Origin: Octopus bimaculoides
Lineage: Eukaryota
Direction: 5' to 3'
Length of the DNA stretch: 64,000 bases
NCBI RefSeq assembly: GCF_001194135.2
Contig: NC_068982.1
Coordinates: forward strand, 156,833,857-156,897,856
Under the pieces are notes generated by a model. It did not search any database, was not told the DNA's origin, and worked only from the letters and a program-made list of their open reading frames with translations. Numbering within the stretch: the first letter of the stretch is position 1; each line of letters opens with the position of its first letter. The translations under genes were made by a program, and so were the position numbers. Below, one piece after another: positions 38,976 to 53,514 of the stretch.

Positions 38976-40127
38976 AACATCCTTTTCCAACACGTATATG
39001 AGAGAAAAGGATGTAGGATATAAATTTATTGTGAGATCATTAAAAAAACATTAGCAAGAATGTTCGCTGAGACGAACTAATGAAGATGTATGCATAAGTG
39101 CATGTTTTTCCTCTGTGTGCATGTATGGATTTGTAGTAATATATGATTGACTGTTCGTGTGCCTATGTTTCTGTGAGCTTGTATTATTTGTATTTTTGTT
39201 TACGAGCGCATGTCTGTTTACCAGCATGTGTGTGTGTGTGTATGTGTGTGACGCTGTGTGTTTTTTGAGGGTGTTTTTGTACATGTATATACGAGCGTGT
39301 GGCATCTAAGATTATGTGTGAATGGGTGTATGTGTTTGTTTATTCTTTGTGTGTGTTTACACGTACGGTTGAAGGAGCTCCTGAAATGGGAAGAACCTAT
39401 TTTTTTGGGAATCTTAAGGGTTTATAGCACAGATATTTTGGAGAAAGAAAGTGAGGAAAAAGAGACAATGATTACGACAGGGATATANNNNNNNNNNNNN
39501 NNNNNNNNNNNNNNNNNNNNNNNNNNNNNNNNNNNNNNNNNNNNNNNNNNNNNNNNNNNNNNNNNNNNNNNNNNNNNNNNNNNNNNNNNNNNNNNNNNNN
39601 NNNNNNNNNNNNNNNNNNNNNNNNNNNNNNNNNNNNNNNNNNNNNNNNNNNNNNNNNNNNNNNNNNNNNNNNNNNNNNNNNNNNNNNNNNNNNNNNNNNN
39701 NNNNNNNNNNNNNNNNNNNNNNNNNNNNNNNNNNNNNNNNNNNNNNNNNNNNNNNNNNNNNNNNNNNNNNNNNNNNNNNNNNNNNNNNNNNNNNNNNNNN
39801 NNNNNNNNNNNNNNNNNNNNNNNNNNNNNNNNNNNNNNNNNNNNNNNNNNNNNNNNNNNNNNNNNNNNNNNNNNNNNNNNNNNNNNNNNNNNNNNNNNNN
39901 NNNNNNNNNNNNNNNNNNNNNNNNNNNNNNNNNNNNNNNNNNNNNNNNNNNNNNNNNNNNNNNNNNNNNNNNNNNNNNNNNNNNNNNNNNNNNNNNNNNN
40001 NNNNNNNNNNNNNNNNNNNNNNNNNNNNNNNNNNNNNNNNNNNNNNNNNNNNNNNNNNNNNNNNNNNNNNNNNNNNNNNTATATATATATATATATATAT
40101 TTAAATATATATATAGATATAATATAC

Positions 40128-40159
<32 letters not shown>

Positions 40160-40161
40160 TT

Positions 40162-40200
<39 letters not shown>

Positions 40201-40363
40201 AAAGTGGAGTGATACAGAAAAAGAGTTTTAAATTATAAAAGAGTGTATGCGCAAAAACTAGGGAGGGAGAGAAAAAAGATTAAAATTTAGGCAAAGACAA
40301 AACGAGAGAGGAAGAGAGAGCGAAATTAAGACAGATTGAAAGTGAAGGATAGAGAGATACAGT

Positions 40364-40399
<36 letters not shown>

Positions 40400-40921
40400 G
40401 ACAGAGAGAGAAAGAGAGGAGGGACAGAGATATATATATTGGTGGGAGGGTAAAATGAGAATTATATGAGAAATTCAATGTTAAAAAACAAAAAGAGACT
40501 GAAATCAAAAATGGTAGGTGAACATTCCATAAGTGTCTGCGGGGCTCACTATGCTAAGTGCCCATCAACTTTAATGGCGTTAACATATACTTAATTACTA
40601 GTTTCACATACCTAATCAATTTTATGCTTCCCGCACAGCTCAACGGTTGAGGGAGTGGAAGTGGTTGGGAGACAGAATGGGGCAGGAGTAGTGCCTCTCG
40701 CCAACGTGCAAGTGAGCGTGTATGTGTGTGTGTATGTGTGTGCACGAGTGCATGTATATATATGAATGCATGTAATACAATATATTTATACACAAACACA
40801 CGCATACATGCATACAAATATATGTATATATATATATATATGTGTATATGAATATGAATGTACGTATGAATATGCAACTGTACATACATATTTACTTGTA
40901 TGTGTAAATATATACATTGAA

Positions 40922-40974
<53 letters not shown>

Positions 40975-41210
40975 CTATATATATGTGTGTGTATGTGTGT
41001 GTGTGTATATGCATATATATATGTACATACATATATGCATATGCATATATATGTATATGCATATATTTATAAATTTCTACTTACGTGCATTCATATATAC
41101 ATACATACATACATACATACATACGTATGTACATACATATTCGTGCATTTACTTATGAATGAAGTATATATTCATAAATATAGGTATACACACATAGGGC
41201 GGCGCTTCCA

Positions 41211-41257
<47 letters not shown>

Positions 41258-43002
41258 ATCATACGCATACACAAATACGCACAGAGATGTACCCTAACAC
41301 TATGAAACAGATAGAGACGGCTGCGTATGCTGCGTGTCCTCACTACTGGGGGCTGCATATTTAATATCTTCATTACGACCTTTGTTAGTAAAAATTCTGT
41401 GACAAAGCGCCAGCAAATAGCTACGGGCCGTTGTTCGTAGACGTTGTTGTGTGATGTCCATCAAGACTTCAGAACTATCATTAACATTGTCATCAATATT
41501 GTCAGCGCTGTTTTGTCATCATCAACATTAACATCATTGTAGCATTGTTGTCATAGTTATTCGTACACTTTCTTTTTTTCCTTCACTGACACTCCTCCTT
41601 ATCCTGCATCAACTCCTTCTCCTTCACTTTCCCCTCCTCCTCCTCCTGCAGCTCCGCTTTAACGTCGCCATCATTATCCTTCTCGATTCCTTTCTTGGTC
41701 TCACACAATTTATAGGTTTAGCTTCCAACAATGCCCGTAGCTTTCTCTCTAACCACTGGAGCCGTCAACATATCTACCACCACCACCGCCACCGCCACCA
41801 CCACCGCCACCCCACCAACACCACCTACAACAACATCAACGCCGCCTGCGCCGCCACCGTAGTCGAAAACCACCTCCTTCTTTACCGCCGTGTATCGTTA
41901 ACATCATCACAATGCCACAATTAACATTAGCGTTGTCATTAATATTATTGTTTAATTATCAGCTTTCACAATGTTTTANNNNNNNNNNNNNNNNNNNNNN
42001 NNNNNNNNNNNNNNNNNNNNNNNNNNNNNNNNNNNNNNNNNNNNNNNNNNNNNNNNNNNNNNNNNNNNNNNNNNNNNNNNNNNNNNNNNNNNNNNNNNNN
42101 NNNNNNNNNNNNNNNNNNNNNNNNNNNNNNNNNNNNNNNNNNNNNNNNNNNNNNNNNNNNNNNNNNNNNNNNNNNNNNNNNNNNNNNNNNNNNNNNNNNN
42201 NNNNNNNNNNNNNNNNNNNNNNNNNNNNNNNNNNNNNNNNNNNNNNNNNNNNNNNNNNNNNNNNNNNNNNNNNNNNNNNNNNNNNNNNNNNNNNNNNNNN
42301 NNNNNNNNNNNNNNNNNNNNNNNNNNNNNNNNNNNNNNNNNNNNNNNNNNNNNNNNNNNNNNNNNNNNNNNNNNNNNNNNNNNNNNNNNNNNNNNNNNNN
42401 NNNNNNNNNNNNNNNNNNNNNNNNNNNNNNNNNNNNNNNNNNNNNNNNNNNNNNNNNNNNNNNNNNNNNNNNNNNNNNNNNNNNNNNNNNNNNNNNNNNN
42501 NNNNNNNNNNNNNNNNNNNNNNNNNTATATATATATATATATATGCATATGTGGACACAGGACTTCACAAAACATAAACAACCAATAATATGAAGTACGA
42601 GGATATGGAATAAGCATTTTTTTTTTGCAAGTAATGAAAGAAACAAAAGAGAATACAAGACAAGCAATACAAAGAACGACCCTCCATCAGTTTCGGCTGT
42701 CTTTCCAGTGCGTATTTCGAGCAATTTCCCACAAGATACGCCCCCGATAAAACAGTTGCTCCCGTAAAGCAAATTAAATAAAATTTGCGATCTTGCGGAG
42801 GGTCAAGTTGGTGACAAAAACAGGACAGTGAAAACAGACAGGGAGGGCTGCTAAGCCTAAACGAGGTTGTGTTGGCAAACGCGAGGAAACAAGCCTGGAC
42901 AGGAGACGGAGAACAATACGTCTTCCCTGTCGAACTGAAACGGGAAGAAATAAAGAAACACAGTTTAGGAGAATAGCCGGTAGTCACGTGAGCAAAGGAA
43001 GA

Positions 43003-43036
<34 letters not shown>

Positions 43037-43876
43037 TGAGAGAGAGAGGGTGAGAGAGAGAGAGAGAGAGTGAGTGACAGACAGAACTGTGAAGGGGAAA
43101 GGAAAAGATTTAGAGACAGGAAAAGAGAGAATAAAAGGAGAGAGAGGGAGAAGGGGAGGCAAAAGTACAAGAGAAATGTAGAGAGAAAATGAAAGAGCAA
43201 ATATATTTATATATACATATAAATTGAGGGAGTGGAAGAGGTAAAATCCAAGCTACACATGTTTCCAAGCTAGTAAATCTTCTTATGTGTTAATTACGCA
43301 ACAAGGGGTGGTCAGCTAGATACTCATCAGACCGTGGATACCTTAATAATATGAAGTTTACATTGTCGTTTGCGTATCTCAAGTTAACTCACCGATTATG
43401 CCATTTGAAAGGAATGGTGAAGCCGAAACAGAATTAAAAAAAAAAACAAATAGTAAAAAATGCTTACAATAAGATATCGATGTGTGTGTATGTGTGTGTG
43501 TATGCGTGTACGTGCATGTGTAAATTGTTCGTAGGTTGTATGCATATACATTTAAATTATGGATTCAATTATTAAATCTTTACTTGTGTTTTACGGTAAC
43601 TCGATTTAACAAAGACATCATGAATCCACATAAATAAGTTTCTAATTTTTCTTTCTGTAACCTGTTGGTGCATGAATGTCTAAAAGAATAATTACATTTT
43701 TTTCATAGAGTTATTAAACTTAATTATCATTTTCCTAAATATTTATAATAGATCTTATATTAGACAGATCTGCTCATCCAATCCGAGTATTCGTGTTCCA
43801 CTTGTAATTTTACAAAAATAAATACTCGAATTTTTTCATCTATTTCCTACGTTTATCGAAATATATTCGCATAGAC

Positions 43877-43994
43877 TGTTCCAGGTTCAGTGCCACCGCG
43901 TGTCACCTTGGGCCAAATGTTTTCTACTATAGCCTCGGGCCGATCAAAGCCTTATGAGTGGATTTGGTAGACGGAAACTGAAAGAAGCCCGTCG

Positions 43995-44047
<53 letters not shown>

Positions 44048-44255
44048 ATATTCTTGTGTGTGTGTCTTTGTTTCTCCGCCCAACGTCGTTTGACAACCGA
44101 TGCTGGTGTGTTAATGTCCTCGTAACATTAGCGGTTCGGCAAAATAAGTAGCAGACTTACAAAGAACAAGTCCTGGAGTCGATTTGTTGGACTAAAACCC
44201 TTCAAGGTGGTGCTCCTGCATGAACGCAGTCAAATGACTGAAGCATGTAAAAGTC
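43877..44255 (+). mobile_element. SINE family A, 5'-clipped
   Basis: gttccaggttcagtgccac...accttggg...gaagcccgtcg, internal (TA)(TG), and 3' half to gcagtcaaatgactgaagc. Confidence 0.85.
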
Positions 44256-44376
44256 TAATAGAGTATACTAAATGTTATTCATGTATTTTTCTTCTCATGA
44301 GTCTGTCACATTAGAAACTGAAAGATTTCTTTTTTTTGTGTTAATATACTAACATACAAAATGAATTTTAATATAG

Positions 44377-44860
<484 letters not shown>

Positions 44861-45267
44861 CTAATAAATATAAATATATTTGCTAAGTCAAAACTATAAC
44901 TCTTTACTTCATACTCTCGATGGGGTTATAGGTCTATGTACGGGCTTTTATTAAAACTTTCATGCAGTAACTATTTATCTACTTTCACTGAAAGCAAATA
45001 TTTTTATCGATTATTTTACTATATAGTAACTAATTCCATTATACACGATTAATCTATGTATGTCCACATTGATATCATAACATTGTTCTTATACACAGCT
45101 TAGTTATCTCAGTACTCATGAGTATATTAGAAGGCCGTCTTTTATTCTGCCAATTTTTCTAACGAATCCTTCCAGCTTTGAGCAAAGTTATTTGTTATTT
45201 AATTTTATAATAATTCTTCATGAGAACATCTAATTATGTGTGCGTTTTGCGTGTGTTATGTTGTGTT

Positions 45268-45334
<67 letters not shown>

Positions 45335-47092
45335 NNNNNNNNNNNNNNNNNNNNNNNNNNNNNNNNNNNNNNNNNNNNNNNNNNNNNNNNNNNNNNNNNN
45401 NNNNNNNNNNNNNNNNNNNNNNNNNNNNNNNNNNNNNNNNNNNNNNNNNNNNNNNNNNNNNNNNNNNNNNNNNNNNNNNNNNNNNNNNNNNNNNNNNNNN
45501 NNNNNNNNNNNNNNNNNNNNNNNNNNNNNNNNNNNNNNNNNNNNNNNNNNNNNNNNNNNNNNNNNNNNNNNNNNNNNNNNNNNNNNNNNNNNNNNNNNNN
45601 NNNNNNNNNNNNNNNNNNNNNNNNNNNNNNNNNNNNNNNNNNNNNNNNNNNNNNNNNNNNNNNNNNNNNNNNNNNNNNNNNNNNNNNNNNNNNNNNNNNN
45701 NNNNNNNNNNNNNNNNNNNNNNNNNNNNNNNNNNNNNNNNNNNNNNNNNNNNNNNNNNNNNNNNNNNNNNNNNNNNNNNNNNNNNNNNNNNNNNNNNNNN
45801 NNNNNNNNNNNNNNNNNNNNNNNNNNNNNNNNNNNNNNNNNNNNNNNNNNNNNNNNNNNNNNNNNNNNNNNNNNNNNNNNNNNNNNNNNNNNNNNNNNNN
45901 NNNNNNNNNNNNNNNNNNNNNNNNNNNNNNNNNNNNNNNNNNNNNNNNNNNNNNNNNNNNNNNNNNNNNNNNNNNNNNNNNNNNNNNNNNNNNNNNNNNN
46001 NNNNNNNNNNNNNNNNNNNNNNNNNNNNNNNNNNNNNNNNNNNNNNNNNNNNNNNNNNNNNNNNNNNNNNNNNNNNNNNNNNNNNNNNNNNNNNNNNNNN
46101 NNNNNNNNNNNNNNNNNNNNNNNNNNNNNNNNNATATATATATATATATATATATATAAAATTTTATGAATGTATGTTTGTGAGTGTGTGTTTGTTTATA
46201 TATGTATGCATACATGCATGCACATATCTTTATTTTTGTGTGTGCATGCGTGTACGTGAATGCGTATGTATGGCAAACAAAAGAGAAAAAACACAAAGGT
46301 ATTGAATGTAAATCTTTGTTGAGGTATTGGAATTACTAACTATTATATGTCAATCTTCCGCGAACAACGCTGATACGTGATAAGCTAAAATCAGTGTAAT
46401 AACAAAGACTGAACTGTGTGTGTATTTGTGTGTGTATGTGTGAGCATGTGTGGATGTTGAAAGATCAGAAAGATGCAGAATTATGGATTACAATGGCTGA
46501 TTATCTATTACATGTATCCCAGTATGTTTCAGATCTGGAGCACAATTCATATTTCTATTGGTAATATTGATACTAATGCTTAGAAAATGTAAACAACGTT
46601 TTATAAGTTGACTGTATAATTACTTAGTTAATTGTGATTATTATTTGTTATATAGTAAAATATAATTGCTACTTAATTTGTATTTTTCACATTGTTAAAC
46701 GATAAAATTGAGTTTATGAAACTGGTTATAGCCTCAGAAATAAAAGAAAATGTTGAATTAGCATTTACAAAGTTATCTAAATAAAAAATAATCATGTTTA
46801 AATGAAATCACATTATTTTTGTATAAACAGAAAACATATATTAGGATGTTGATAATTATACTTGAAATATGAAGCATTTCGATTTATGATATGTTATCCT
46901 ATAATGTTTTACGTGAATAATTTCCTGCATGAGCATGCGTTTTAGGTGAGAACTCTAATAATCATATCAACTATAGTAGTTGAGTAGTGATTACTTAATC
47001 GATCATTAAATGAATAAAAAGCCAATATGATTTTGGTTCAATATGAACTTCAAAATTTAGTGACCTTAACTAAATACCGTAAGGAATTTTAC

Positions 47093-47420
47093 CTGGCCCT
47101 CTTCTGAAGTCTGGCAACAATATGTAATTACTGGACCAACAAAAATAAACAATAAAAATTGATGTACAAACAATACAAGGATTCATAATGGATTATTCGA
47201 ATGCAAGAAACAGAAAGCTACCCATTTCGCATTCTCACCAATTATATAGATCATACCCACGCTTCGTGTCCTCAAAAATAATAGGATAGATATACCGATA
47301 AACATTCTACGTAACGTAAATAATATGCTAAATATGAAAACAGTCTGCGTATGTGAATGACAGAGCATGGTATTACAGCAAACACCACTATTCATGGCTC
47401 TTTCTACACTAAATTTCACC
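47093..47420 (-). other. Candidate exon (328 nt), possibly 5'UTR plus start of a signal-peptide ORF
   Basis: Minus-strand tgtgtttgtttgcag|G acceptor and CAG|gtaaaa donor. ATG at 47186 opens MNPCIVCTSIFIVYFCWSSNYILLPDFRRGP up to a phase-1 donor. Confidence 0.25.
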
Positions 47421-49821
47421 CTGCAAACAAACACACATGAAAAACAGTCCCGAAAAGCATCATAACAACAAAACTCCTCCTATTGAGTTCATTTAAAGAA
47501 ATACACATTCTAACACCCCACACCGAGCGCGCATGCACAGACCAAGTCTCTCACACACACACACACTCACACACACTCAGTTGAGTCAGAACATAAAGTA
47601 CGTGACCATTAAAGGTCTCACTAGTCTCAATAAAGTGCTTTGATTGATACCAACAATAATAAGTGAGGAGTGACAGCATGTTGGACGCAGACACTCATAC
47701 TTTTATTCTTTACTACGGTCAATACCATAATCTGCAGGCTCAAATGAGGGAGCGTATTCTACGCGGTCACAGGATCTGCAAGAATAGCAGCAAAACTTTC
47801 CTCACGGCACATCTGACTGTCAGTGTTATTTCCAAACAAAAAAATAAAAAGGGAGAAAAGCCATTCAAAAATAGGACTCAAAATTTGCAAATCCTGATGT
47901 TATCACACTATACATCGCACTCCGGAGATTTTGATCATAATGTTATAATTGATAGCTAACCTGTATGTAAATGATATCAACAACGGTAACAAGAAAAAAA
48001 GTATAAGACTGGACAGTGGAGATGAAAAGTAAAATATGCCCCAAATATCCTAGAACATTACTCGCAATACACCCATTAATATCCGAATGTCCAGTGTGTT
48101 ACTCAGGTAGATGGATAAATTTAGAGCAAAAGGTATATGAAACGAAATTAATTATCCCACAGTTTATATTAGTCATACAGTTCTGTATGATCTTTGATGA
48201 CCTGGGTCTATACCACTACAGCAACAACAACAACAACAAAACCGCGTATCTTTAAGTGAATACATATAGAAAAAAAAGATGATTGACCCACTAACCCACT
48301 GACTCATTGAAAAAGATTTTATCTAAGAACGTGCTTTCATATAGGACTGTTCCGGAAACTTATAATTCGCTGGCGCCATAACTTAACCCTTTATCTGGAC
48401 TCTGAAGAAATGGTCGCTGTTAGTGGTTTCTCACCTCGCTTCTAATGGTCTAGTGCTGTTCAGATTCGCATCAACTTTGTTTTAGCAGAACCGTATGATC
48501 AAAGGCGTTTCAGCAGTAATCATCCCATCAAATATTCAGCCATAATGTAGCTGAGGCTAACATTGCCCAAAGGTTCATTCCTTTTCGAAGACAATACTAT
48601 TCTATTTCAAGGGTTTTTTTCCCTCCTATTTCTAACCACTGTGCAGCTACGAAGAGACTATATTATTGGCGATAAGACTGAAGGTGGAAAGGAAGTAGTG
48701 GAGATGAAATACTTGAGGAAGAAGGGAAATATAATGTCGCAGTTAAAAAGGAAGAAAGAGGAGGAGGAGAAGAAGAGAAAGAAGACGAAGAAAAAGATTA
48801 AGAAGAAGAAGAAAAGGAAAAAGAAAATGAAGAAGAATGATTGAGTGAATGAATAAATGAATGAACGAACGAACGAATGAGCATGAAAAATATCAATAAT
48901 TAAGATAAAGAAAGGTAAAAACGTAAGTGAAAGAAATATCTAAGAAGAATGGTCAAAAGCAAATATGGAAGAGAATAGAAAATGAAGGAAAGACAAGATT
49001 GAGATGCATGAAGAATAGGATAGAATGGCAAGTGATAGTGGAATGTTGAATCTTATGTCGGTATAAACATTCAAGGGTATATATTTTTTTTTATATTTCG
49101 GACTAAACCTGAAATGTAGAAGTTCAATGAAATACTTAAATTCTAAATTTTTTTCGCAGTACCTTTAGAGAATTGAGTGTGAACACGAAACCTGCTCTTG
49201 ACATGAACTTCTATTTGCTGAAATTTGGAAGTTATAAACAAGTTAATAAATACAACCGTAAGAAGTGAATAAATAAGAATTGAAATTAAACATTTCAGAA
49301 AAGTTTTCAAGGAATATATTTGCTAAACGAAAAGCAAATGTAAATTTTAAAAGAAAACGCCGCATCGCAAAATCGTAAATTCATAAAATAAAGGTTTTTT
49401 AAAATTTTCATTTATTATTATTTTTTTATGAAACTTTTTTGGTGTACAGCTAAAGGTTAGAAATTAAGGTATGAAATAAGAAAAATCTATATACTTTTGG
49501 AATATGTCTTAAATCGTTATACGAGAAAAAATATTTTTCGTTGCTATGACTTTATGTCCAAAAGGCATTCTAGTCGTGACCATTTAATCAGTTCATAGAT
49601 ATTTCCTCACAGGTCACTTGAGCTAATGAATTCTACTCTTGTTTTATTTGGGGGCAAATTGGCTGTTTATAAAAAAGATCTGTTTAAATACAGATCAATC
49701 AGATATCATTACAATATTGTAATATGCTCGGTTTTCGTGACAGTAAGAAAAATATTACAATCCTTAGTTTAAAGAATCTGTTGGTTACGTTATTGTGTGA
49801 TATTTTTCTAAGGCAATGAAA

Positions 49822-50030
49822 TGGGCAGAACCGTTAGCACACTGAGTAAAATGGTTAGCGTTGTTTCGTCCGTCTTTACTGTCCAAGATCAAATTCCGTC
49901 GATGCTGACTTCGCCGTTCATCCTTTGGGACAGGGATTCAACAAAATAGTACCAGTGGAGCACTAGGGTCGAGGTAACAGACCGCACCTCCCTCCGAAAT
50001 TTCAGGCCTTGTGACCATAGCAGAAAGAAA
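49822..50030 (+). mobile_element. SINE family B
   Basis: ggcagaaccgttagcacac...tcaaattccgtcgatgctgacttcgcc...tagtaccagtggagcactagggtcga...aaatttcaggccttgtg. Confidence 0.7.
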
Positions 50031-50128
50031 GTTATGTTATTTTTTCTACAACATATAGTTCACGTTATTGCCTTTCAATTAATTCATCTTGAAGGGTTGA
50101 TAACAAAAATGAAAAAAAAAAAAAAAAA

Positions 50129-50325
50129 TTGCTTTCCTATAGAAACACAAAGCCTGAAATTTGGGCGAAGTGGGACCAGTCAGTTTCGCGGCCCACAATG
50201 CTCAGCTGGTACTTGTTTTATCGCTCCCCGAAAGGATAAAGTTGCAGTCGAACTCGGGGAAATTTGAACTCGGAATGTAAAGAGGACGAAATGCTACTAA
50301 GCAGTTTCTCCGACAGCTCGCCTCC
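50129..50325 (-). mobile_element. SINE family B
   Basis: cacaaagcctgaaattt...ctggtacttgttttatcg...gtcgaactcggggaaatttgaactcgg...gacgaaatgctactaagc...agctcgcc. Confidence 0.7.
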
Positions 50326-51074
50326 TTAGGAAAATATCCTATAATGAATTAACTAACAGGTTCTTAACAAAAAGGAATGCAATGATCAAATATCGTTACG
50401 AGAATCGGGCATATTACAACAGGACAGTGGTATCCAATTGATCTTTTGGTTGTAAACACAAGCTTCTACAGACTACCTTTGTGGCACAGTTAGCAACAAT
50501 AAACTTACTCTCACATCACTTTAAAAATATTTCTTAAGAGGATGTAACTTTGTCTTGTTGGCAAAGGCAAAAATAAAAGTTTTGATTGATTTGGTAGCAA
50601 AGTTTTTTGTAGAAGTTAATAATTGTTGTGCTACGTACACGCAAAAATATGTATCCCTTAATGATGAAAGAACAATAATGTTTAATTTAAGTGATAATAT
50701 TATGACCTGATTTTACGTGTCAAATGTCAAGTAAGGCCGAGGGTTGGCTGCAAGTTTTGCATTTGCCTGCTTGTAATTCGAATTGTGCAGACATAGAAAC
50801 ATACAAGATGACCTAAAACTTCATTTTCAATGTATAGAACTATGACGAGAAGCTCTTCAAGACGCTACCAAATAGAGTCATCATCTAAAGTTTTTCGCTC
50901 GCATATGATTAACAACGTCTACCCCGACTATTTTACGATTTGTCCCTCGCACAAACACTCCATGTTACTGTGGGTTTCTTTTTCCTTCATCTTACAAAAG
51001 CCAAATATATTTTCAAGGCTGGGGTTACTTTGCATTTATTTATAGAATAAAATTCAGGAATATCTTGTATCAGT

Positions 51075-51147
<73 letters not shown>

Positions 51148-52699
51148 AAGAGAGAGAGTGAGCGAGAGAAAGAAAGAGAGAAATAGAGAGAGAGAATATG
51201 TGTGTGAATATGATTAGGGTGCAAGGAGATAATATAACATGGATGAATCAGACAAGAGAGAAAGGAAGAGAGATTGTTGAGAGAATAGTGAAAAGGGAGA
51301 TAGAGATGTTTGTGATTCGTTCAAAATCCGAGGAATATATTGATAATGTAAAATTATAGTTTCTACATTATTTATCGCCACCATCAGCACCAACAAAAAT
51401 AACAATAACACGACTATTACTACCAGCCACCACCACCACCGCAACAACAACAACAGCAACAGTCACATAATGACCAACCAACCAACCAACCAACCAACCA
51501 ACCAACCAACCAACCAGCCAGCCAGCCAGCTAGCCAACGAAAATAAATAATCATAGAAAACTGTTTTCAATCATATATATAATTTATACTCTACATTCAG
51601 AAAATCTAATCATTGTTTTGCTTCTCCAGCCGAACAAGCTTGAATGATAACGGTGACGACGATGATTATAATAATGTTAATCATAACAACAACAACAAGA
51701 ACAACACTGATAGCAAGAATATAAGCAACAACAACAGCGTCAACAATAAAAACAAGAAAAACAATATAAACAGTTTCAGCACATCTATTATCTAAATTCC
51801 CAGTGTATTTTGGCGGCAAGACTGCTAACTAAAAACGTATATTTTAGAATAATTCCCGTTTAGCTGTGTTGTCATCACATATATAATCACCTATCTAGAG
51901 AAAAAGGCAGACTTCACAACCGATCATTTTCTGATGCATTCAAATCACAATGAAAATATATTATCTAGAAGCTATTCTTTCAAAGAACCCAGCTAAAATG
52001 GCAATGATATTACTGTTTGCAATTATCGATATCTCATATTTCATTTCTCTTACGTTTCTTCGCTATTATTTGTAATTGTTTTACTTTGTAGAAAGGCTAT
52101 TTATCATTTTCTCTCGCAAATATTTAGATATATAAATATGTGTCCATCATCATCAAGTCTATCTATGTATCTGTCTGTCAGTTGATTTATCTATCTAGCA
52201 GAATACTCCTACTCCTCTCCTATAAGTTCCTTCCATTCTCATTCTCTCTCCCCCACTCTATCTTCATATACGTGCATTGTACGTACGTACATACTCGCAT
52301 ATACACAGGTATTTATATTACATATCAGTTATTTGTCAAGAAAAAAAAAAATCAAACTCAGTATAAATAATAGAGCGCATATATGTTTATATCGTGAAGC
52401 AATACGTTAGAAGAGGTAATATATTGTTTGACAATATGTATAGGCTTGTGCGTATATGTGTGTATACATGTATGTATATACGAATGCACGCACACACACA
52501 TCTATTTATATATCAAATTAAAGTGGATCAAAAAATGCCGGGCAGTTCCCTCAGTCAGCACCCTTACGAATACTGGCTAACACAGTTCATAAAAGAGGGC
52601 AGTCCCTCTAGAAAACTGTTCTATACGAAATGGAACTCCACGAAGAACATAGTTACAGAATATAATACATTAAGTCTAAGAAAGAAGATAGGATTTCAC

Positions 52700-52758
<59 letters not shown>

Positions 52759-52759
52759 G

Positions 52760-52822
<63 letters not shown>

Positions 52823-52846
52823 GTCTGTCTGTCTGTCTGTCTGTCT
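52700..52846. repeat. (TCTA)n/(TCTG)n microsatellite
   Basis: Visible directly. Confidence 0.95.
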
Positions 52847-53297
52847 ATCGATGGGGCTGAATTCGGACTGTTCCTACAGTCCCTTTTATTTTCTGAAATG
52901 GCCGTAGGTTTTAACTGATTTTTATTTTCATGGTTTTAACTAACTTTTACCTTCACAATATCTCGTATTACTGAACTCTATTTATTCTCCCTCGAATACA
53001 TGTATCTTCACACGTATGCACGATTTTTATGTTACGTCATTTTTATCTTACTTCATTTACATTTTATATATTATTATTGTTATCATGTTTTTTATTATCT
53101 CTTATTTTATATCATTTGAATTTTTTAATATAAACATGTATCCCATCCAAGTCTTATAAATCACTATATGCACGATTTCGTTTTCAGTTGCAAAGTACTG
53201 ACAACAGAAATTGTCATCTTCTGCAAATAATTTACACACACACACACACACACACACATACACACACACACACATACACACACACACACACACACCT

Positions 53298-53454
53298 ATA
53301 TCGGTGTATTTACGTCCCCGTAACTTAGCGGTTCGGCAAAAGATACCGATAGAATAAGTACTAGGCTTACAAAGAATAAGTCCTAGGGTCGATTTGCTCG
53401 TCTAAAGGCGTTGCTCCAGCATGGCCGCAGTCGAATGACTGAAACAAGTATAAA

Positions 53455-53458
<4 letters not shown>
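53298..53458 (+). mobile_element. SINE family A, 3' half
   Basis: ggtgtatttacgtccccgtaacttagcggttcggcaaaagataccgatagaataagtactaggc...gcagtcgaatgactgaaacaag. Confidence 0.85.
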
Positions 53459-53512
<54 letters not shown>

Positions 53513-53514
<2 letters not shown>

